Source: an uncultured Eubacteriales bacterium (GTDB taxonomy: Bacteria > Bacillota > Clostridia > Oscillospirales > Acutalibacteraceae). From it: 64,000 nt of DNA. The notes under the pieces were generated by a model. The model saw only the letters and a program-made list of their open reading frames with translations, had not been told where the DNA came from and did not search any database. The position numbers and the translations under genes are program-made. The stretch lies in assembly GCA_964623515.1 (NCBI GenBank), contig CAZURV010000009.1, positions 909 to 64,908 of the forward strand, written 5' to 3'. Numbering within the stretch: the stretch's first letter is position 1; every line of letters begins with the position of its first letter. This document shows positions 29,741 through 38,555 of the stretch, piece after piece.

Positions 29741-29891
29741 AAACTATATAACAGGCGCTGTTAACGGCGCCTGTTATTTTTTTGCCTTCCAAAGGCCGGC
29801 TAACCCTGTGTATAAAAATCCTTTAATTGTAAAAAATATCATTTGGGTGAATATCTTGAATAGCTATTGGAAATCAAATGAAGAATCGCTT

Positions 29892-31313
29892 ATGTATAAA
29901 AATGAAATATCAAAAAGCGAAAAAATAACGGTTGAAGGATTAAAAAAGTATCTCGGAGAAAACGGGGATATAATATTCCACAATTTTTCTTTCGGCGGCA
30001 CGGGAGCGTTTATCTGCTGTGTGGACGGACTCGTTAATGAAGGCACGCTTGATGAAAATATTCTTGCGCCGTATCATAGGATAGACGCTTTTATGCACTG
30101 TACGTCTCAAAAAAAAGCGCTGGAATTGATTGAAAAAGGATTTATAAATCACGGTGGTGTAAAAATCGTTGATAATCTAAAAATGCTTGTAGAGGATATT
30201 CTCAATGCGAATTTTTCATTGGTTTTTGAAGATGAGAACAAAGCCGTAATATATGATGTTAAGGGCTTTGAAAAAAGGAGTATTGAAGAAAGCGAAAACG
30301 AAGGCGTTGTGAAAGGCTCAAAAGATGCTTTTTCCGAACCGATACGTATCAATACCGCTATTTTGCGGCGGCATATACGCAGTCATAATCTGATTATCAA
30401 ACAGCTTCAGCTGGGAGATGTCGCCAAAACAACCGTGGCAATCGCATATATGAAGAATATGGCAGAACCCGAACTTATCCGTGAAATTGAAAACAGGCTG
30501 AAAAAAATGAAAATACAGTCCGTTGTTTCCGCAGGGCAGATTGAATATGCACTGGACGGAGAGAGATCAAGTATTTTTCCGAAAGTTTTATACACAGAAC
30601 GTGCGGACAAGCTGGCAGCCAATATTATGAACGGACGAGCAGGCGTTTTGATTGACGGATTTCCGGTAACTTATATATGTCCTTCTCCCATGGCTATGTT
30701 TATGCAAACACCGGAAGATTACAGCGATAAATCGCTTTACAGTTCGGTTATCAGAGTCATCAGATATCTTTGTTTGCTTTTATCTGTTCTTACGCCTGCA
30801 CTTTATATTGCCATCGTGAATTATGATTGTGAAATTATCCCCGCAAAGCTGGCGCTTTCCATTATGGAAGCAAAACTAGGCGTCCCGTTTACGCCGTTTG
30901 TTGAAGTTTTTGCAATGCTCGTTGCGTTTGAGGTTCTGATTGAAGCGGGACTGCGTCTACCGAAAGGCATTGGGCAGACGGTTTCAATCGTAGCGGGACT
31001 GATTATCGGTGAATCTGCGATAAATGCGGGGCTTGTTTCTCCTGCAGTCGTTATGGTAACTGCAGTGTCGGGAATCACGAGCTTTGTTGTTCCGTATCAG
31101 GATTTTATGAAACCAATACGCATTGTCAGAATTATTCTTATGATTTCGGGACAACTTGCAGGTCTTTTCGGTGTAAGTATTGAACTGATTATGTTTTTGG
31201 TTTATCTCAATTCGTTTGAAAGCTTTTCTGTCCCGTATCTCGCACCATTTTCCGCAGGGAAAATCAGAGATTGGTTTAAAGATACGTTTATCCGCCGGAG
31301 GTATAAAAAATGA
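29892..31313 (+). CDS. Spore germination protein, GerA (A-subunit) family
   Basis: GerAA/KA-type sequence (ILRRHIRSHNLIIKQL, VAIAYMKNMAEPELI) with C-terminal TM segments. The start is uncertain: ATG 29892 was chosen, and the track ORF begins at 29700. Confidence 0.85.
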   Translation: MYKNEISKSEKITVEGLKKYLGENGDIIFHNFSFGGTGAFICCVDGLVNEGTLDENILAPYHRIDAFMHCTSQKKALELIEKGFINHGGVKIVDNLKMLVEDILNANFSLVFEDENKAVIYDVKGFEKRSIEESENEGVVKGSKDAFSEPIRINTAILRRHIRSHNLIIKQLQLGDVAKTTVAIAYMKNMAEPELIREIENRLKKMKIQSVVSAGQIEYALDGERSSIFPKVLYTERADKLAANIMNGRAGVLIDGFPVTYICPSPMAMFMQTPEDYSDKSLYSSVIRVIRYLCLLLSVLTPALYIAIVNYDCEIIPAKLALSIMEAKLGVPFTPFVEVFAMLVAFEVLIEAGLRLPKGIGQTVSIVAGLIIGESAINAGLVSPAVVMVTAVSGITSFVVPYQDFMKPIRIVRIILMISGQLAGLFGVSIELIMFLVYLNSFESFSVPYLAPFSAGKIRDWFKDTFIRRRYKK

Positions 31314-32389
31314 AAGACAAAATAAAGATTCTTCTTGTGTGTATTTTAGTTGTTATATTTTTTATACCCCTTTTTAACGGCGGTAGCAGCGAGTTAAGCG
31401 GCGGAAATATAGAAACTGTGTCTATGGTAAAAAGTATGGGGCTGGATAAAAAAAACGGATATACGCTTACTTTTACCGAAAACGTGGTTTCCAAAAATGA
31501 TTCAAGCAAACAAAAAGCGCTTGTTTCACAGGGAGACTCCTATGCTTCTTCGTTCGACAAAGCGCAGACATTAACGCATAAGCAGATTACGCTTTCTTAT
31601 GTACGCCATTTTGTTTTCGGTGAAGATACCGCAGAAGAAGGGCTGATGGATGAAATGGATTTTCTATGTCGCGCCAATGAACTGCAGTTTGCCGTGTCGG
31701 TTTATGTGTGTGAAGGGAAAGCAGAGGATTTCCTCAAATTTTTATCCGATAATGAAGAGGAAACGGATGAACTGCTGAAAAATCTCGACGTTGCGGGAAG
31801 CGAAACCGGTTATTACAGTGAAGCAAGTCTTCTTGATTTGCTTCAGGCACAGGCGGAGGGAAGAAATACCGTTGTTCCCGTTATAGGATTGAATAAGGAA
31901 GAAAAGTGCATTGAATTTAAAGGCTACGGTATTATTGAAAACGGTAAACTGACCAAAAGACTCACACTCGGTGAATCCAGAGGGTATAATATGGCAAGCG
32001 GACGTATTATGCAAACAATTATTCAAACATCTTCCGCTTCGTTTAAAACGTTTGATTTTACGAATAAAATCAAGGTGGATGTTAAAAATAAAAAACTTAA
32101 GAGAGTTGAAATATCGGTAAAATGCACATCTGATTTTAGAGAAGTTAAAGAAAACGAAGATATTAAAACCTACGAATTTGAAAAAGCGGAAAAGGAACTG
32201 GAGCAGATTGTAATAGATGAGATAAACGCTTTAATTGTCAGCGCGGGCAATGCAGATATACTGAATTTAAAGCATTTTGCCCAAAAAAAAGTCGGCTCAA
32301 AGGATGTTGAAATTGTACCCGGGGAATATGAAATTGTGATAAAAAGCGAAAACAATATTGCAAGAACCTACGATTTGGTGGAGATATAA
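31310..32389 (+). CDS. Ger(x)C-family germination protein
   Basis: 359 aa with an N-terminal hydrophobic anchor, overlapping the A-subunit stop (ATGA). Its position inside a ger operon supports the call. Confidence 0.75.
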   Translation: MKDKIKILLVCILVVIFFIPLFNGGSSELSGGNIETVSMVKSMGLDKKNGYTLTFTENVVSKNDSSKQKALVSQGDSYASSFDKAQTLTHKQITLSYVRHFVFGEDTAEEGLMDEMDFLCRANELQFAVSVYVCEGKAEDFLKFLSDNEEETDELLKNLDVAGSETGYYSEASLLDLLQAQAEGRNTVVPVIGLNKEEKCIEFKGYGIIENGKLTKRLTLGESRGYNMASGRIMQTIIQTSSASFKTFDFTNKIKVDVKNKKLKRVEISVKCTSDFREVKENEDIKTYEFEKAEKELEQIVIDEINALIVSAGNADILNLKHFAQKKVGSKDVEIVPGEYEIVIKSENNIARTYDLVEI

Positions 32390-33516
32390 TGGAAAAAAAG
32401 TGCACTGCTTTGCAGTTTAGTTTAATATTTCTGCTTACGGTTTCATCGGTAAGCGTATATGTTATGCCTTCATGTTTCACGGAGGAACTCGGAGGCGCAG
32501 GCATATTGATTCCGATTGTCGGTATATTGTTTTCGGGCATATTTATGTATTTTTTCAGAGCGCTTGCCGTAAATTCGGAAAAAATATATGTAGTGCTGAA
32601 CCGCAGGGCAAAACCGGTTATTAAAATCGGAGAGGTTGTTCTGATTCTGTGGTTGATGTTTATTGTGAGTATAAAAACGCGTCTTTTTTATGAAAGAATC
32701 AGTTCAACTTCTTTTTCGTTCCTTCCAAAATCGCTTTGCATAGGTGCACTGCTTGTGCTTGCAGCGTTTACGGTAAGTTGCGGATTTAAAACTTTTGCAA
32801 GACTTGCGCAAAGCCTTTTTATTGTGTTTGTTATCTTGATAGTTACTATTATTTTAATTTCTTTGAATAGTATTGAATTTGATAATTTTGATTTCATATT
32901 TAATGGTTCTCTGCATACAATATCCAAAGCTTTTGTCTTTTTGCTTGAACCGTTTGCATATATTTCTTTTTTCCTTGTCATGTTTAAAGAAACCGATGTA
33001 AAAGGAATGAACAAAAAATTTTTGCTGATAGCATTCGGAAGTTCCGCCGTTATGATTCTTGTATCAGCGCTTTGCATCGGTATTTTTGGAAGTGATTTCA
33101 GTTTGAAGCTGGCTTATCCGTTTTTCAGTATATTAAAAAACACAACAATAAGCGGAAGCATAGAGCACTTTGAAAGCGTTCTAATCAGCCTTTGGATAAT
33201 TGTCGATTTTGTTTTTATAACCATGCTTATATTCTGTATACATCGTATGGTGACGGATTTGCTCGGTTTTAAAAGGAATAAGCTTCCGTACAGAATAACA
33301 CCCCTCTTGGTAGCTACCGTTATTTTTGTTTTTTCCCTATTTCCGTTTGTGAGCAGGTTTAAGTTGGACAGTATCAATCGGAGTATCCTGCCGTTTGTAA
33401 ATGTTATTGCAGGCGTGGTTTTGCCGTTTATCCTTTCGATTGCCGCTTTCTTTATTTATGGCGGAAAGAAAAGAAATCTGATTCAGTCGGAAAAGAATAA
33501 ACAAAGTGCTGAATAA
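32389..33516 (+). CDS. Spore germination protein, GerAB/APC-type permease (B-subunit)
   Basis: 375 aa with about 10 TM helices. The start overlaps the C-subunit stop. Confidence 0.8.
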   Translation: MEKKCTALQFSLIFLLTVSSVSVYVMPSCFTEELGGAGILIPIVGILFSGIFMYFFRALAVNSEKIYVVLNRRAKPVIKIGEVVLILWLMFIVSIKTRLFYERISSTSFSFLPKSLCIGALLVLAAFTVSCGFKTFARLAQSLFIVFVILIVTIILISLNSIEFDNFDFIFNGSLHTISKAFVFLLEPFAYISFFLVMFKETDVKGMNKKFLLIAFGSSAVMILVSALCIGIFGSDFSLKLAYPFFSILKNTTISGSIEHFESVLISLWIIVDFVFITMLIFCIHRMVTDLLGFKRNKLPYRITPLLVATVIFVFSLFPFVSRFKLDSINRSILPFVNVIAGVVLPFILSIAAFFIYGGKKRNLIQSEKNKQSAE

Positions 33517-33671
33517 AAAGCAAAACTGTCGGAACAGGTATATTGTGCTCGGTTTTCCTTTCTGATTACTGTCGTTTTTTATTGGCAGAATACCAAGCGC
33601 AACGTGCTTGTATTTAGATGGTTTTTACAAATAATTTATCGGTTTTCCATATGATTTTAACTTTTATTCCA

Positions 33672-33700
33672 TTGACTATGTTTCTGCAATATTATATAAT
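33672..33700 (+). promoter_or_regulatory. Consensus sigma-A promoter of serC
   Basis: TTGACT (33672-33677), 17-nt spacer, TATAAT (33695-33700). Confidence 0.7.
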
Positions 33701-33746
33701 TTATTAAATAAAAGAACATCATAATCCATATAAGGGGAGAAAGAAT

Positions 33747-34838
33747 ATGTTTCATGAAAGAATTTATAATTTTTCGGCAGGTCCTTCTATGCTTCCTGTT
33801 GAAGTTCTCAAAAAAGCACAGAGTGAAATCATGAATTATGGCGGTAGCGGTACATCCGTTATGGAGATGAGCCATCGTTCAAAATCTTTTGACGATATTA
33901 TTAAACAGACGGAAGCCAATCTCCGCGAAGTGTTGTCCATACCCGATAATTACAAGGTTCTGTTTATGCAGGGCGGAGCTACGCTTCAGTTTGCCAGTGT
34001 TCCTATGAATCTTCTTAAAACCGGCGTGGCTGATTATGTGCGGACAGGGCAGTTCTCAACAAAAGCATGGAAAGAAGCAAAAATTTTCAGCGATAAAATA
34101 AATCTTGCAGGTTCATCGGAAGATAAAACTTACAGCTATATTCCCTCGCAGGAAGAACTTTCATTAAGCGAAAACGCAGATTATTTACATATCTGCTTTA
34201 ATAATACGATTTTCGGTACAAAATGGAATTATATTCCTAAAACGGACGCTCCCGTTGTTGCCGATATGTCTTCGTGCATATTAAGTGAACCTGTGAACGT
34301 TTCCGAATTTGGATGTATCTATGCGGGCGCGCAGAAGAATATTGCTCCCGCCGGCGTAACACTCGTTATAGTAAGAGAAGATTTGCTCAGTGCTTTTCCC
34401 GAAGGAAAAGCGTATCCGTCTTATTGCAACTGGAAAGCGCAGGCTGAAAACGGTTCGATGCTGAACACACCGCCGTGCTGGTGCATATATATGTGCGGTT
34501 TAATGCTTAAATGGATAAAGGGTATAGGCGGACTCGAAGCTCTGAAAGAGAGAAACGTTAAGAAAGCACAGATGCTTTATGATTTTATAGATTCTTCAAA
34601 ACTCTTTAAATCAAGCGTAAGGAAAGACTGCCGTTCCATGATGAACGTTACCTTTGTAACAGGAGATACGGAGCTTGATAAAAAGTTTGTGGCAGAAGCC
34701 GCCGAAGCAGGTTTTGTGAATCTGAAAGGTCACCGTTCAGTCGGAGGAATGAGAGCTTCTATTTATAATGCGATGCCGGTGGAAGGCGTTGAAAAATTAG
34801 TTGCATTTATGAAAGAATTTGAAAAGAAAAATTCGTGA
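33747..34838 (+). CDS. serC: Phosphoserine aminotransferase
   Basis: N-terminus YNFSAGPSMLPVEVLKKAQ and sequence GAQKNIAPAGVTLVIVRED containing the PLP lysine; 363 aa. Confidence 0.95.
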   Translation: MFHERIYNFSAGPSMLPVEVLKKAQSEIMNYGGSGTSVMEMSHRSKSFDDIIKQTEANLREVLSIPDNYKVLFMQGGATLQFASVPMNLLKTGVADYVRTGQFSTKAWKEAKIFSDKINLAGSSEDKTYSYIPSQEELSLSENADYLHICFNNTIFGTKWNYIPKTDAPVVADMSSCILSEPVNVSEFGCIYAGAQKNIAPAGVTLVIVREDLLSAFPEGKAYPSYCNWKAQAENGSMLNTPPCWCIYMCGLMLKWIKGIGGLEALKERNVKKAQMLYDFIDSSKLFKSSVRKDCRSMMNVTFVTGDTELDKKFVAEAAEAGFVNLKGHRSVGGMRASIYNAMPVEGVEKLVAFMKEFEKKNS

Positions 34839-34873
34839 TTTTTATAAAATGGAATTTGTGAGGAGAAAAGATA

Positions 34874-36115
34874 ATGGCGGTTCTAAAGGCGTTTAAAGCG
34901 ATTCGCCCGGCTCCCGGTAAAGCGGCGGAGGTTGCGGCGCTTCCTTATGATGTTATGAACAGCGTCGAGGCGCGAGAAATGGTTTCGGGAAAACCAAACA
35001 GTTTTCTTCACGTAGATAAAGCTGAAGTGGATTTGCCTGAAGATACATATATTTATGATGAAAAGGTTTATCTGAAAGCACGTGAAAATCTGCGCAGGCT
35101 GATTGAGGACGGAATCTGTGTGCAGGATGGAGAGCCGTGTCTTTACATATACAGGCAGATTATGAATGGCAGAAGTCAGACCGGTATAGTCGGCTGCACA
35201 GCGATTGACGACTATATAAATAACAAAATAAAAAAGCATGAATTTACTCGCGAGGATAAAGAGAAGGACAGAATCAATCATGTGGATCATTGTGATGCGA
35301 ACACAGGTCCGATTTTTCTTACTTATCGAAACAGCAATGCGGTAAGCAGCATAACTGAAAAGTGGATTTTATCAAATGATCCGTTTTGTGATTTCACAGC
35401 CGATAATGTTAGAAATACCGCTTGGGTTATAGACAATCAAACTGTGATTGATGAGCTGATTTCCCTTTTCGGCGATATACCTTATCTGTATATTGCGGAT
35501 GGGCATCATCGTGCGGCGAGTGCCGTTAAAGTCGGCTTAAAGAGAAGGCAGGAACATCCGGGCTACAGCGGAGAGGAAGAATTTAATTATTTCCTTTCTG
35601 TGCTTTTCCCCGATAACGAACTTGAAATTATGGATTATAACCGCGTTGTAAGCACACTTAACGGAAATTCCGAATCAACGTTTAAGGAAAAACTTTTGAA
35701 CTGTTTTGAGATTGAAAAAATCGGAAAGGAAGCTTATAAACCTTCCAAACGCCATACTTTCGGTATGTATCTCGGCGGAACGTGGTATAAATTAACCGCC
35801 AAAGACGGTATATGCGATGAAAATGATCCAGTTGACAGGCTTGATGTTTCTATACTTCAGAAAAATGTTTTGAGCGGTTTACTTGGAATAGACGATCCGC
35901 GCACCGATAAAAGAATCGATTTTATCGGAGGAATCAGGGGACTTGGTGAACTTGAAAAACGTTGCAGTGAGGATATGGCAGTCGCATTTGCAATGTATCC
36001 CACAAGTGTTGATGATCTGATGTCGATTGCGGACGTAGGGCGCACTATGCCACCAAAATCAACATGGTTTGAACCGAAACTCCTGTCCGGATTGTTTATC
36101 CACAAATTATCATAA
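34874..36115 (+). CDS. DUF1015 domain-containing protein
   Basis: 413 aa with N-terminus FKAIRPAPGKAAEVAALPYDVM and YIADGHHR, characteristic of DUF1015. Common serC/serA neighbour. Confidence 0.85.
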   Translation: MAVLKAFKAIRPAPGKAAEVAALPYDVMNSVEAREMVSGKPNSFLHVDKAEVDLPEDTYIYDEKVYLKARENLRRLIEDGICVQDGEPCLYIYRQIMNGRSQTGIVGCTAIDDYINNKIKKHEFTREDKEKDRINHVDHCDANTGPIFLTYRNSNAVSSITEKWILSNDPFCDFTADNVRNTAWVIDNQTVIDELISLFGDIPYLYIADGHHRAASAVKVGLKRRQEHPGYSGEEEFNYFLSVLFPDNELEIMDYNRVVSTLNGNSESTFKEKLLNCFEIEKIGKEAYKPSKRHTFGMYLGGTWYKLTAKDGICDENDPVDRLDVSILQKNVLSGLLGIDDPRTDKRIDFIGGIRGLGELEKRCSEDMAVAFAMYPTSVDDLMSIADVGRTMPPKSTWFEPKLLSGLFIHKLS

Positions 36116-36144
36116 TCGGGAAAACCGATTCGGGAGAAATTGTT

Positions 36145-36981
36145 ATGAACAGAAAAATTTTTATATTTTCGGTTTGCACCGTTCTGCTATGCGCTTTGCT
36201 TGTGGGATGCGGCAAAGACGCGTTGAACAGTTCCGATTCGTCGTCTGCCGAACAAGACGGAAAAGTAGCGGTAGGTGTTACGGATGAAAACGGACAAGCC
36301 GTTACGGATAAGGACGGAAATTTCGTTACGGAAATAGCCGAAGCCGTTACGGATAAAGACGGCAATTATGTAACCGAAAACGCAACGGATAAAAACGGTA
36401 AAGTTTTAACGGATGAAAACGGAAATCCGAAAACAGTCGTCGTAACAAAAGGCAGTAAAAAATCAACCACGGAAGAGCAGACGGTGAATGCCGGGGACGG
36501 ACAGATTCCGTATTCAACAACGTCTCCGAAAGCCAATGTAGATTATAACGGCGTTTGGAATTTCGGCAATGTTTCCAACGTGGGCATAAACGCGCCGAAT
36601 GGCTGGACTTCAAAAACTGTAAACGAACTCACCAAAGACGGCACCAGTATCAGCGTAAGTGCAACCCCCAAGAATTATCTTGCACCGTCTTTTACAACCG
36701 TTCAGCAGTATGCTGATTTTATGCTGAAAGCTTCTTATTCTGCCGAAAGCGGGGCTAAAAATATCAAGCGCATAAGCTATGCTAAAGAAGTTTATAAAAA
36801 CGGCGAAGCCATACAGATGTTTTACAGAGCAAAAAGAGAAGGGAAAACAAAATATGAAATGACATATATTTTCCGTTCCGGCGACGATATTATGGTTTAT
36901 TTTGTTTATGCCGATACGCAGGAAGAGGCTAAAGTAAGCATTGCTGACGTTATTGCCAATACCTATTACAGGGAGGGATAA
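36145..36981 (+). CDS. Lipoprotein with N-terminal VTD(K/E)(D/N)G decapeptide repeats
   Basis: Lipobox LLVGC. At least 5 imperfect repeats (VTDENGQAVTDKDGNFVTE..VTDKDGNYVTENATDKNGKVLTDENGNPKT), followed by a globular C-terminal domain of about 150 aa. Confidence 0.75.
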   Translation: MNRKIFIFSVCTVLLCALLVGCGKDALNSSDSSSAEQDGKVAVGVTDENGQAVTDKDGNFVTEIAEAVTDKDGNYVTENATDKNGKVLTDENGNPKTVVVTKGSKKSTTEEQTVNAGDGQIPYSTTSPKANVDYNGVWNFGNVSNVGINAPNGWTSKTVNELTKDGTSISVSATPKNYLAPSFTTVQQYADFMLKASYSAESGAKNIKRISYAKEVYKNGEAIQMFYRAKREGKTKYEMTYIFRSGDDIMVYFVYADTQEEAKVSIADVIANTYYREG

Positions 36982-36984
36982 TTG

Positions 36985-37674
36985 ATGAGCAAAAAAATTC
37001 TTGCCGCCCTGTTTTCGGTTCTTATCCTGTCTGCGGTTCTGTCAGGCTGTAATACTGCTGAAAACAAAAAAGAACGCGAAACGGTTGTTGACAGTCAGGG
37101 AAATGTCGGTTATGTTGTAACGGATAAAGACGGCAAAGCTGTGACGAAAAACGTTACTGATAAAAACGGCAAAAACGTTACGGACAAAAACGGCGTTCAG
37201 GTTACTGAATATGTAACGGAGTCTTACAGTGGGAAAAGCGGAAATGCGGATAAAACCACAGCTAAAAAATCAACTTCAAACAAAACAACAACTACGAAAA
37301 AGAATGAAGATGTTCCTGAGGGATGGGAAAAGGGATCTTCTTCAAATGAGATAACCAACGGAAAGGTAACCGCAAATGTAATCAGAGATGATTCCGCAAG
37401 CACAAAAGACGGTTATGAGATGATAAGCGAATTGATAAAGGGCGCTTTATCCGGCGGTAAAATATTAAGTGAAAAACAGGATAAAACACAGGTTATCGTT
37501 CTTGCAAGCGGAACAAGAACAACCGGCGGATACGACAAAATGGAATATTTTAAATTTCATTACATTATAAAGGATAACGGTTCATATCTGATAACGTATT
37601 TTGCTTCATCTCAAGAAGCATTGGAAAGCGATTTCAGCGAAGTTGTTAAAATGTGTGATAAAATTGCAGGTTGA
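36985..37674 (+). CDS. Paralogous lipoprotein with VTDK(D/N)G repeats
   Basis: Lipobox VLSGC. Repeats VVTDKDGKAVTKNVTDKNGKNVTDKNGVQVTEYVTE. ATG at 36985 (TTG at 36982 in the track). Confidence 0.75.
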   Translation: MSKKILAALFSVLILSAVLSGCNTAENKKERETVVDSQGNVGYVVTDKDGKAVTKNVTDKNGKNVTDKNGVQVTEYVTESYSGKSGNADKTTAKKSTSNKTTTTKKNEDVPEGWEKGSSSNEITNGKVTANVIRDDSASTKDGYEMISELIKGALSGGKILSEKQDKTQVIVLASGTRTTGGYDKMEYFKFHYIIKDNGSYLITYFASSQEALESDFSEVVKMCDKIAG

Positions 37675-37713
37675 TATTGTTTTTTCATAAAAGCCGCTTT
37701 GCTGCGGCGTACG

Positions 37714-37752
37714 GGAAAGAGTCTGTCTCGTTTACAGAGACAGACTCTTTCC
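37714..37752. terminator. Bidirectional terminator
   Basis: Perfect 16-bp inverted repeat GGAAAGAGTCTGTCTC/GAGACAGACTCTTTCC with a 7-nt loop, lying between convergent genes. Confidence 0.75.
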
Positions 37753-37766
37753 TCTGTTTCTTATTA

Positions 37767-38198
37767 TTAAAGATATCCTTTTAAATCATCTGCAAGGTCT
37801 TCTTCAATTTTAATAAGCCGCCTGACCATTTTTTTAACTTCTTCGTCTGCGGCTGAATATTCGTTTAAATATTGGCTTAGTTTTTTAACGCCCATATTGC
37901 AACCTTCAGTTATCAGATTTGCTGCTTCGCTGTCTGTTTCTTTGAATGTAAGCATAATATCAGTTTTCATTTTACTCATAAATTTGGCAACACTGCCGGG
38001 ATTTGTTCCGCTGAGTCCGGCTTCATTCAGCAAATCTTTGGCGTCATCTTTAATGCCGAGATGTTTTGCTTTGGTATCCAGCAGGATTTTTTTAAAATCA
38101 TTTGATTTAACGCTGGGGAAAACATCATCAATGGCGGAAACGCCCATTTCTATTCCGGAATGACATTCCTTTAACAGGTTTACAGTATCTTCTTTCAT
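37767..38198 (-). CDS. Hypothetical all-helical protein
   Basis: 143-aa ORF with a helical heptad-like composition. I recognise no family with confidence. Confidence 0.5.
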   Translation of the reverse strand: MKEDTVNLLKECHSGIEMGVSAIDDVFPSVKSNDFKKILLDTKAKHLGIKDDAKDLLNEAGLSGTNPGSVAKFMSKMKTDIMLTFKETDSEAANLITEGCNMGVKKLSQYLNEYSAADEEVKKMVRRLIKIEEDLADDLKGYL

Positions 38199-38308
38199 TA
38201 TGATAACTCCTTTTCTTTTTATTATGTGCAGAAAACACAGAAATTATCAATAATATGAAAGATACGGCGCATTTAATCAATCGTAATTAAAAAAAATAAA
38301 AAAAAGTA

Positions 38309-38363
38309 TTGACTTATACTAAATTTAGTGGCATACTATTAGTCGTAACACAAAATGTTGTGT
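38309..38363 (+). promoter_or_regulatory. nrdDG promoter with two NrdR boxes
   Basis: TTGACT (38309-38314), 17-nt spacer, CATACT. Box 1 is ATACTAAATTTAGTGG (38316-38331) and box 2 is ACACAAAATGTTGTGT (38348-38363). The box centres are 32 bp apart. Confidence 0.7.
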
Positions 38364-38555
38364 TTAAGTTTAACTTTAATCTTTGCTGAAAGACATGCCG
38401 GATCGGCAATATATGCCGTCATCAATAAATCGCATACGCGGTAAAAAAAACGGCAGGTTTCAGGTTCCCCGCTTATCGGATTATACTTTTTTCCGGCGGA
38501 TATTGTTTCCGGGATTTTATCCCCATATCAGAGTAAAAAACAGGAGGTCAGAATA

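Noticed and set aside
36290-36430. Tandem ~27-30 nt nucleotide repeats (GTTACGGATAAAGACGG-like) that could be mistaken for a repeat array or CRISPR.
   Set aside because: They lie in frame inside a lipoprotein ORF and encode the VTDKDG peptide repeat. They have no unique spacers and no constant repeat length.
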